From IMG/VR virus record IMGVR_UViG_3300035670_000302, positions 1 through 51,294 of that record: DNA of 51,294 bases. The stretch is one strand, 5' to 3'. Source of the stretch: a virus. Lineage: Duplodnaviria > Caudoviricetes. Shown here piece by piece: positions 44,293 to 51,294 of this stretch. The notes under the pieces are model-generated. The model was not told where the DNA came from. It worked only from the letters and a program-made list of their open reading frames with translations, and searched no databases. The position numbers were made by a program, and so were the translations under genes. Positions within the stretch are counted from its first letter, which is position 1; each line of letters begins with the position of its first letter.

Positions 44293-44556
44293 TTACAGCC
44301 CTCTGGAGGCGTCAATGTTCAACTCATCGGGCGAGAACAGCGGTGCTTCTGGTACTTCCTCGGTGGCAAGGTCGAGCTTAGACTTGCGCTTGGCGCGAGT
44401 CTTCACCACCTGCTCAATCTGCTCTTCTACCACAGGCGTAATGAACCGCTCAGGGAACGCTTCCTGCTCGCTGACTTCTTCGCACAGCGGGTTCTCTGCG
44501 AGGATCGGATGCCACTCGTAGATGAACCCGTCTTTCTTGTTGCGGAGGTATTTCAT
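44293..44556 (-). CDS. Hypothetical protein
   Basis: 87 aa, operon packing. Confidence 0.7.
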   Translation of the reverse strand: MKYLRNKKDGFIYEWHPILAENPLCEEVSEQEAFPERFITPVVEEQIEQVVKTRAKRKSKLDLATEEVPEAPLFSPDELNIDASRGL

Positions 44557-44732
44557 TTCTTCATCCCCTTGAGGGTTTTGGCAAGCCGCGCCCGCTGACC
44601 CAGTTTACCCGGAGCCTTCGCCGCTTTCTCAAGCGCCTTAGCGGGGATAGTCCCCCCTTTCTTCACGCCCATCTGCTCACGCAGGGCACCCGGTTTCTTG
44701 ATCGCGTCCTGTATCCACTTCTTGCCAGCCAT
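44553..44732 (-). CDS. Small highly basic protein (59 aa, not in ORF track)
   Basis: AGGTGA SD; MAGKKWIQDAIKKPGALREQMGVKKGGTIPAKALEKAAKAPGKLGQRARLAKTLKGMKK. Confidence 0.8.
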   Translation of the reverse strand: MAGKKWIQDAIKKPGALREQMGVKKGGTIPAKALEKAAKAPGKLGQRARLAKTLKGMKK

Positions 44733-44735
44733 AGG

Positions 44736-45131
44736 TCACCTATACTTCGCTGTTTTCTTTGCCACGGATTCGGGCTGTTTAACGAACTGCTTGCCCGACT
44801 TGGTACCTTCGCGCTTGGCACGGGTTGTCGCCGCGTACTCCGCAGAGGTCAGGGCTTCTCTGGCCTTCTTCGGAAGATACCGCTCACCTGTAGCTTGCGG
44901 ACCCTGCGTCGAGGGCTTACCGGACTTGGTTCCCCAGTCTTCTTTGGTCCACTTGGAGAGCGACTTCTGCGAAGAGGTCTTCCCACCAGTATAGCCACCT
45001 CCAGCCTTCTCGTACTCTTGCGCGACGATCTGTGCTTTGCGCGCAGACCACTGACCCGGTTGCCCACCTTTACCCCCTGCCATCACGCGGTCTTTGATCC
45101 GCTCCCGCAGATCAGGCTTGGTGTATGCCAT
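44736..45131 (-). CDS. Basic conserved protein (DUF5872-like)
   Basis: YTKPDLRERIK...GGKGG.PGQWSARKAQ...Y...GGGY.G...SLSKWTKEDW. Confidence 0.75.
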   Translation of the reverse strand: MAYTKPDLRERIKDRVMAGGKGGQPGQWSARKAQIVAQEYEKAGGGYTGGKTSSQKSLSKWTKEDWGTKSGKPSTQGPQATGERYLPKKAREALTSAEYAATTRAKREGTKSGKQFVKQPESVAKKTAKYR

Positions 45132-45133
45132 GG

Positions 45134-45421
45134 CTACCACTTCGCCTTGTCGGCCCAATACGCCGCAGACATCTTCCCTTTGGCGATATTTGAGGCGTGG
45201 CGGGCTTTGAAAGACTCCCGGCGCTTGCGGTATGACTCGCTCTCACCCTCTTTCTTGGGCGATCCTGAGACACCCTGCTGGCCGAATCTGATGGTCTTCA
45301 CCTGATCCCCAACCTTCGCCACGACGACATGACTCTTGGTTGGGTGGTTCGGGGTCCGCTTCGGCTGGTTGTATCCGCTGACGCCTGCGCGAGCAAGGCG
45401 TGGGTCTTTCGTTGTTGGCAT
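45134..45421 (-). CDS. Basic conserved phage protein
   Basis: KSHVVVAK.GD..KTIRFGQQG...RRESFKARH...SAAYWA. Confidence 0.8.
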   Translation of the reverse strand: MPTTKDPRLARAGVSGYNQPKRTPNHPTKSHVVVAKVGDQVKTIRFGQQGVSGSPKKEGESESYRKRRESFKARHASNIAKGKMSAAYWADKAKW

Positions 45422-46545
45422 TACGCAACCGCTCCTTTGATAACCGCAAACTGAATTACGGGAGACTCTGTGCCCGCCGCAGGGACGGTGGAGTTGTCGA
45501 GGTTACCGACAGAGATAACACAGGAACCTGCCGTAGTTTCTACAACACTGACTTGGTAGTACTTCCGCGTACCCGCCGCACATCCGCTCTTGATGGACGC
45601 AACGATAATGTCGTTGGCGGCGATGGTGCTGTTAGTGAGTGTGAACTCATCAGCCTCATGGCCGGAAATACTGGCGGCAAACAGGACGATCTCGCCTGTA
45701 ATCTTGTTGAGCGTAACACCAGTGGTGCGGCTGGTGCCCTGCGTAACCGTTCCCCCCGTCCCTGTCGGGTATCCGATAGACGTAGTGGCCTCCAGCTTGG
45801 TGGCGGTGACAGAGCCGGTACCGTTGGGGGTTATCGTAATGTTCCCGTTGACGCCATCATAGATGCGGATGACGCCGCTGTTCGTACCGGCGTTGGTATT
45901 GAGGATCAAGTCCCCCGTACCGCTGGTGGTCAGTGTGGCGTCGACGTTTGAGTCGCCGATCTGCACAGTATCCGCGCTGAGGATAACGTCGCCCGTACCG
46001 TTGGGAGTCAGCGTGATGTTGCCGTTCGCCCCGTCAAAGATGCGGATGATGCCGGAGTTAGTCCCGCTGTTGGTACTGATGATCATGTCACCCGTACCGT
46101 TTGTCGTGAGCGTGGCATCTACGTTGGAGTCGCCCATGCGGACAGTGTCGGCATCCAACTGCACATCGCCCGTGCCGTTGGGGGCGATCACGACGTTACC
46201 GTTGGTGTTGGTGCTGGACAACGTGTTGCTCGTCATCCGCAGGTTACCGCCGTTGACGGTGGTACCCGTGAACGTAGTCGTTCCGGTGAAGTTCGGATTG
46301 GACAGAACTACCTGCCCCGTACCGTTAGGCGTGAGGTAGATATTCCCGTTGGTGTCTACGGACGAAATGGTGTTACCGTCAAGCTGAAGGTTATCAACAG
46401 CAACGGCAAGCGTACTGACTTGGAGCGCAGTCGCCGTCCCCGTGCCGCTATAGACCGTCTTCAACGTACTGGTCGGCCCATCACTAACGTGCAACAACTG
46501 GTTGTACGTTGACGTAATAGTGTTGTTCGTCAAATTTGTAGGCAT
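45421..46545 (-). CDS. Fibre-like virion protein with tandem repeats of about 59 aa
   Basis: Repeated GNI.LTPNGTG.V...GDSNVDATLTT.GTGD; C-terminal GGTVTQGTSRTTGVTLN domain. Confidence 0.75.
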   Translation of the reverse strand: MPTNLTNNTITSTYNQLLHVSDGPTSTLKTVYSGTGTATALQVSTLAVAVDNLQLDGNTISSVDTNGNIYLTPNGTGQVVLSNPNFTGTTTFTGTTVNGGNLRMTSNTLSSTNTNGNVVIAPNGTGDVQLDADTVRMGDSNVDATLTTNGTGDMIISTNSGTNSGIIRIFDGANGNITLTPNGTGDVILSADTVQIGDSNVDATLTTSGTGDLILNTNAGTNSGVIRIYDGVNGNITITPNGTGSVTATKLEATTSIGYPTGTGGTVTQGTSRTTGVTLNKITGEIVLFAASISGHEADEFTLTNSTIAANDIIVASIKSGCAAGTRKYYQVSVVETTAGSCVISVGNLDNSTVPAAGTESPVIQFAVIKGAVA

Positions 46546-46558
46546 GGTAACACCCTAT

Positions 46559-46582
46559 AAAAACAGGGGCCGAAGCCCCTGC
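46559..46582 (-). terminator. Rho-independent terminator after the capsid cluster
   Basis: CAGGGGC-TTCG-GCCCCTG followed by TTTTT on the minus strand. Confidence 0.85.
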
Positions 46583-46584
46583 TA

Positions 46585-46959
46585 TCAGCCTGCGGCCATC
46601 ACAATCCAGTTGGTTCCGTCGCAGACAAGCGTCGCCCACTTACCGGCAGTACCAGCAAGAATAGCGGTACCCGCCGTGTTGGAATCAACAGGCTTGACGT
46701 TGGACGAAGCAGAGACAACCGTCTGCGCGGCGATGGTCTTGATCGTAACTACACGACCTGCATTAGCAGAAGCCGTAGGGAAAGTTACAGCAATCGAACC
46801 AGAGCCGTTACAGACTATGAAGTTCTCGGTCGCGGCCAACGTGAACGCCGCTGTTTTAGTGACAGGCGCAGTAGACTTCACCGTGTTGAGCGTGAAGTTG
46901 CTGGCTTGACCACTGTTGATTGTCAGGTTGTCCTGAGCAATACCAGTATAAAGACCCAT
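46585..46959 (-). CDS. Capsid decoration / head fibre-like protein
   Basis: Thr/Ala-rich, ends CDGTNWIV; in the capsid cluster. Confidence 0.6.
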   Translation of the reverse strand: MGLYTGIAQDNLTINSGQASNFTLNTVKSTAPVTKTAAFTLAATENFIVCNGSGSIAVTFPTASANAGRVVTIKTIAAQTVVSASSNVKPVDSNTAGTAILAGTAGKWATLVCDGTNWIVMAAG

Positions 46960-46974
46960 GAGCGTACCCTCTTA

Positions 46975-46997
46975 GAAAGGGGGCTTGCGCCCCCTTG
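46975..46997 (-). terminator. Hairpin / weak terminator between decoration genes
   Basis: AAGGGGGC-GCAA-GCCCCCTT followed by TCT on the minus strand. Confidence 0.5.
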
Positions 46998-47000
46998 GGA

Positions 47001-47453
47001 TTAGTTGGTGTCGATGACAACCGCAAAGACCTTCACAACGCAGTCGGTCGGAACCGCAGTGTTGAGCAGAAGGTCAATCGTGTCAGCAGAAGCAACAACC
47101 GTGGGGTTGGCAAGGTCAGCGGCCTTCAGACCCGTGCTATTGGAAGCAAGGTCATTACCGTAGGCGTTGGCGGCGGCAGGTGAACCGCCGGTGTAGCCGA
47201 GGTCGAAGGTAGCCGTGGTGTTGGTCGTCTCAGCCGTGGTGATATTAAGACCAGCGGAGAGTACAACCGTGCCAGCGGGCAGGCTGATGATCTGGAGCGT
47301 GTCGCCAGCGGCCAGTGCAGTAGCACTAGCGGCAGAACGAGCGGCTACGATCTTGGCGAAATCCAACTCTACAGAGTACTTGGAAATGCCAGTGCCATCA
47401 GGGTACGCGGCGGTGCCTTTGTTAAAGCCAAGGGAGTCAGTGTAAGCGGCCAT
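47001..47453 (-). CDS. Capsid-associated (cement/decoration) protein
   Basis: Directly after the MCP; beta-rich, LPAGTVV. Confidence 0.65.
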   Translation of the reverse strand: MAAYTDSLGFNKGTAAYPDGTGISKYSVELDFAKIVAARSAASATALAAGDTLQIISLPAGTVVLSAGLNITTAETTNTTATFDLGYTGGSPAAANAYGNDLASNSTGLKAADLANPTVVASADTIDLLLNTAVPTDCVVKVFAVVIDTN

Positions 47454-47503
47454 GTGAGTATCCTCTTAAAATGGGTAGAGCGGGGGCTATTCACCCCCGA
47501 TCA

Positions 47504-48427
47504 TTAGAACGTGATAACAGCTTGTGACAGAGCTTCGGGCTTGACGACCTTGTAGCCATACACCTGAAGACCACGGATGATGTTTCCGAAGGTGCTTTCA
47601 GAGCGGATGGTTTCCATGTTGGTCATCTGCGAAGCAAAGGTGAAGCCCATCTTGTGGCCGGCAATGATGCTGTACTTGCCGCTGGACACGTTCAGGTTGT
47701 GGCTCATGTAGACCGTGAAGCGGTCGATCATACCGAGGCGACCGTTACGAACGATGGAGGTGCCGTCGCCAGTCAGCGAGGCGTCCTTCAGTTCGGACTT
47801 CTTGATCAGACCGGCCATCTTGGCAGGGATAACGATGAAGCGACCGCCTTCAGGAGCGTTGGCTTCGTCGAGTACCGTGCCCATGTCGACGATCAGATCA
47901 ACGACAGAGACCGTACCGCCAGCGCCGTCTTTGGTGACGGTGATGGGGCTACCGGTCGTGCCGAGGTTGAACGAAGAAGAGATACGGCCAGCCGTTGCAC
48001 CTTTGTTCTGCGCGGAAATGTCCGGCAGGAGGTCGGTCAGAACGCGCTGGTCAATCTTGATCTTCATACGCTCAGAGGCGTCCTTCGACCAAGTGTCCAT
48101 CAGGTTGATGTCAGACTGCACCTTGTCAACGTCGTCCTCGACGCAAGCGAAGTACTCGCCCTTGTCGATGATAAGCTGGAGCTTAGGCTTGTCAGGGTTC
48201 TCTACGGAGAGCGTCTGACCCTTGACGTAGGTCTTGATGGTGATTTCAGGAGTGGTACGGATGTTGACCGTGTCACCCATCTGACGGATTTCACCTTCGT
48301 AATCGGTGTTGGAGATAGCGGCAAGGACAGTCGCATCGTAGAAGTTCTCGATGAGTTTGCCAGACCAAATTTCTGGGATGAAGTTGCCGCTGTAATTAGG
48401 ACGGCCCGGTGCTACTGGAAATGACAT
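47504..48427 (-). CDS. Major capsid protein
   Basis: FIPEIWSGKL...NTDYEGEI..GDTVNI, G.IDRF.VY.SHNL, RGLQVYG.KVV; between scaffold and decoration genes. Confidence 0.92.
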   Translation of the reverse strand: MSFPVAPGRPNYSGNFIPEIWSGKLIENFYDATVLAAISNTDYEGEIRQMGDTVNIRTTPEITIKTYVKGQTLSVENPDKPKLQLIIDKGEYFACVEDDVDKVQSDINLMDTWSKDASERMKIKIDQRVLTDLLPDISAQNKGATAGRISSSFNLGTTGSPITVTKDGAGGTVSVVDLIVDMGTVLDEANAPEGGRFIVIPAKMAGLIKKSELKDASLTGDGTSIVRNGRLGMIDRFTVYMSHNLNVSSGKYSIIAGHKMGFTFASQMTNMETIRSESTFGNIIRGLQVYGYKVVKPEALSQAVITF

Positions 48428-48449
48428 GGTTATTCACCTCTAATGAAAG

Positions 48450-49457
48450 TTATGCGGTTATCCGACCGTCACGTTGCGCGGCAAAAATGTCGCGCTCAAT
48501 GCGGTCACGTTCAGCTTCACGACCTTTGTACTTCCCAGAGCGGACATCGTTGAAGAATTCACGGATGTCTGCCGGACTGTATACATTAGTCTTGCTGGCG
48601 GCTACGGTGCTACCACTCTTGGCGCGTCCCGGAGCTACCTGCCTCTCCAATTCAGAAGTAGCTGACTTCCGATTGGGCTGAGCAACGGTGGTCTTTCCAG
48701 AGACCTCAAGCCATGTGCGGAAGAAGTTTGCCACCCGGCGGGGGTCAAGCACCCGCTGAGCGTCTTCAAGGTACGTCTGCCGCGTAATCCCGGTAAGCGG
48801 GTCTGCTTCCAACAACCAGTTGTGAAACTCCTGATCGTTGTTGACCGCCTGCCAGTTAGGTACTGCACTGGTGAGGTCAGCCCAAAACTGCTGTTCCGCT
48901 GTCGCGGCCTGCTGTTTGGCGACTGCCTGCACCTGCGGTACCACACTCGTCTGCATCTGCTGGATGTAGGATTTCAGTTGGTTGATCTCACCATGGAGAT
49001 TACCCACCTCTTCCTGATACACCCGACGCATCACGTCAATCGAATCCCCATACTCGTCAATGTCGGCTTGGGTCACGACCTTCTGTTTCTGCGTCGAGGC
49101 AGTCTGTCCCTGTGCCGGCTGAGCCGACAACGAGGCCAACAACTGCTCCAACTGAGCAACACGGGAATTTAGCTCCTTGTTCTGCGAGTGCAGACGAGGA
49201 ACTTCCGCGTTATACATTCCCTGAAGCGTCCTGTATTTTTGCAACAGTCCGTCTTCCGTAGGCTTTTCGGCGGGAGCTTGCTCATTCCCCACCGATTGAG
49301 TAGCAGTATTCTCCTGCTGGTCGGCATCGCCCTCGTTCTGCACCTCTGCTACCGGCTCGTCCGCTTCGCTCTGCGCGTTCGCGGGTTCCTCAGTGAGTTG
49401 CTTGTAGAGGTCTTGTACTGCCTCCGCTTGTTTCCGAATCTGCTCTGGCATAGCCAT
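48450..49457 (-). CDS. Capsid scaffolding protein
   Basis: Acidic disordered N-terminus, coiled coil, ends I..A..DGRI; upstream of the MCP. Confidence 0.8.
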   Translation of the reverse strand: MAMPEQIRKQAEAVQDLYKQLTEEPANAQSEADEPVAEVQNEGDADQQENTATQSVGNEQAPAEKPTEDGLLQKYRTLQGMYNAEVPRLHSQNKELNSRVAQLEQLLASLSAQPAQGQTASTQKQKVVTQADIDEYGDSIDVMRRVYQEEVGNLHGEINQLKSYIQQMQTSVVPQVQAVAKQQAATAEQQFWADLTSAVPNWQAVNNDQEFHNWLLEADPLTGITRQTYLEDAQRVLDPRRVANFFRTWLEVSGKTTVAQPNRKSATSELERQVAPGRAKSGSTVAASKTNVYSPADIREFFNDVRSGKYKGREAERDRIERDIFAAQRDGRITA

Positions 49458-49499
49458 GTTGAACGCTCCTAATCGGTATGCGTGTGGGTAACCGGCGAG

Positions 49500-49721
49500 T
49501 TAAAGGTGTAACTTTGCCGCTATCTCAGGGGCTTCTTTGACGAACTTATGCAGTTCGCCCAACACCTGACACCGCCCCTGCTTCAGTGCCGTGTGTTCTA
49601 TAGCGTGTGGGAGTTGCTCAAGCTCATGCGCTCTCCACCCCGCAAGCCACTCCAGAAACTCCGGATGCTGTCGGGATATGAGCGCCATGATCTTTGTCAC
49701 CCGATGATCTGGTTTGATCAT
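49500..49721 (-). CDS. Small conserved protein after the portal
   Basis: 73 aa, QGRCQVL motif, ATGA overlap. Confidence 0.7.
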   Translation of the reverse strand: MIKPDHRVTKIMALISRQHPEFLEWLAGWRAHELEQLPHAIEHTALKQGRCQVLGELHKFVKEAPEIAAKLHL

Positions 49722-51294
49722 GGTTGACCACTCACACGACTACTAACCGTATTGCCCTCGGTGCCGCCTTTCTGCGACCCGTCAGGCTGTACATTCTGTG
49801 GGCCGGCAGGCTGTGCGGCCTGCATCTGCGCCTCTACCTTACTAACATAGTCCAACTTCTCACGGGATGGAACTATGTCATCTGCCGGCATCTGGAGTCC
49901 CTTGGCGATCTCACGCAGTATCGCCGCTCTGCCGTCCTTGCCGATGATCTCAATGTCTACCGGGTTGGCGGTGGCATTCAGGAACTCTATGCGCCGGACG
50001 TTGGTCGTCTCTTTCGTAGCGAGGTTGATGGCACCACGGGGCAGGACTTGCACGTCGCCCTTGATGCTCTCGTCCTCGTCGTACCTCATATTGTAGACGA
50101 ACTGACGGCTGACAACAGGTTTTACGATGTCAGCGTCGATGTGCATGACGACCTGTCGGATGGATTTACCGGCCGCGCCCATGAGCATCGACAGACCGGA
50201 CGAAGTACGGCCTGCACCCTGCACATTCAGATCGCCGTAGACGTAGGCAGGGATACCGGAATGATCATCAGCCAGACGGCTAAACTTCTCGTAGACCGCC
50301 ATCAACTCACTGGCGTTACTGACCGGCTGTGTGAAGCGTATAGCTGGCGCACTTGATCCCACGGGATCGTTTGTAGTCTGCCAGATTTTCCAAGGGTGTA
50401 ACTGAGTAATGTCTTCATTAGGAGGGATTCGCTCAAGGTTGACTTCAACCTGCGGGCCAGACGAAATACCCATATTGTTGACAAGTGATCTCGCAGCCGC
50501 GTTACACACGCCCTGCAAATCCTCGATAATTTTTGGAATACCTTTGCCCCAAAACGCTCCCGGCGCTTTGATGAATGAGGTCTTGGCATAGGGCTTCTCC
50601 CCAAGCGGGTCGTAGTTCAGAACCGCTTTGATGACGTAGTTCCCTACCAACCACACGTTGGCGTCATACTCACGGGCGTCGTCCGGCACATCTTCCTCCG
50701 ACATGCCCCACTCAATCAGCATCTTGCCGCTGACCTTGCCCCAGAACTCCAGCGCGTCATACATTTCGGTCGGACGCATGTAGGAGTAATACTTCCGCTC
50801 TTCCTCGTTCTTGGTCAACTCAACGTCTTCGTTGATCCAAGACTGACCGTTGCCAATCTCCAGCACCTTGCGGATGGCCTCGTCATCATACCCCGGCACC
50901 CCGATCAGGTCAGACAAGTCCATCCGGCTGAGGCGGTGATGCTCAAACAGGTAGCCATCGTCGATGTTGGTAATCGCCGGTTCCGGGTAGATGCGGAACG
51001 GATCAACCCGGCGGTACTCGGGGGCGAGAATCTCCTTGGGGGCTACTACGGTGCGACCAAACTCGTCGGTCGTCCAACCCAGAACACGTTGCCGCGTGAC
51101 GATTGGCCCCTTGATGAACGCACAGGGGAACGTCACCAAGTCAGTAATGAAGGCGTTGAACGCCTCCTCCCACCCGCCTTGCGCGAACTGGTCACTGATC
51201 TTGAGCTTCATTTTGTCGACGCGAAGCTGAGCTTCCTGCATCATCTTGAAGCGGAAATCCTGCGCGACCATTTCCCGAAGCTGGAGCATTTCCA
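49718..51294 (-). CDS. Portal protein (5' end beyond the window)
   Basis: Frame open to the window edge; RVDPF.IYP, EFWG, FWGKGIP, RTSSGLSML; upstream of scaffold and MCP. Confidence 0.88.
   Translation of the reverse strand, partial: EMLQLREMVAQDFRFKMMQEAQLRVDKMKLKISDQFAQGGWEEAFNAFITDLVTFPCAFIKGPIVTRQRVLGWTTDEFGRTVVAPKEILAPEYRRVDPFRIYPEPAITNIDDGYLFEHHRLSRMDLSDLIGVPGYDDEAIRKVLEIGNGQSWINEDVELTKNEEERKYYSYMRPTEMYDALEFWGKVSGKMLIEWGMSEEDVPDDAREYDANVWLVGNYVIKAVLNYDPLGEKPYAKTSFIKAPGAFWGKGIPKIIEDLQGVCNAAARSLVNNMGISSGPQVEVNLERIPPNEDITQLHPWKIWQTTNDPVGSSAPAIRFTQPVSNASELMAVYEKFSRLADDHSGIPAYVYGDLNVQGAGRTSSGLSMLMGAAGKSIRQVVMHIDADIVKPVVSRQFVYNMRYDEDESIKGDVQVLPRGAINLATKETTNVRRIEFLNATANPVDIEIIGKDGRAAILREIAKGLQMPADDIVPSREKLDYVSKVEAQMQAAQPAGPQNVQPDGSQKGGTEGNTVSSRVSGQP

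Noticed and set aside
1-51294. tRNA/rRNA genes, integrase, phage RNA polymerase, tape measure protein
   Set aside because: None recognised by eye; a tRNAscan/Infernal and HMM run would be needed to exclude them formally

Overview
Near-complete genome of a tailed dsDNA phage, probably a podovirus: large ejection/internal virion proteins are present, and no tape measure, integrase, RNA polymerase or tRNA was recognised. The window looks circularly permuted, cut between the terminase (start) and the portal (end, 5'-truncated). Minus strand 167-3099: small terminase, a small ORF and the large terminase. 3100-5270: control region with G-tracts, sigma70-like promoters, a boxA-containing leader, three small genes, a terminator and a dense 9-mer repeat array with IHF-like sites. 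Plus strand 5278-22877: small early genes joined by a repeated 12-bp junction motif, a MoxR-like ATPase/unknown/metallopeptidase-vWA trio, family A DNA polymerase, PD-(D/E)XK nuclease, VRR-NUC, SNF2 helicase, SSB-like protein and primase-helicase. Minus strand 22861-51294: virion and lysis genes. The standout observation is a 294-aa intein in the Walker A motif of the large terminase. It has no in-frame endonuclease but carries an HTH+HNH endonuclease gene on the opposite strand, with its own candidate promoter and Shine-Dalgarno, while the sense frame stays open. All calls come from motif recognition by eye; no database searches were run.
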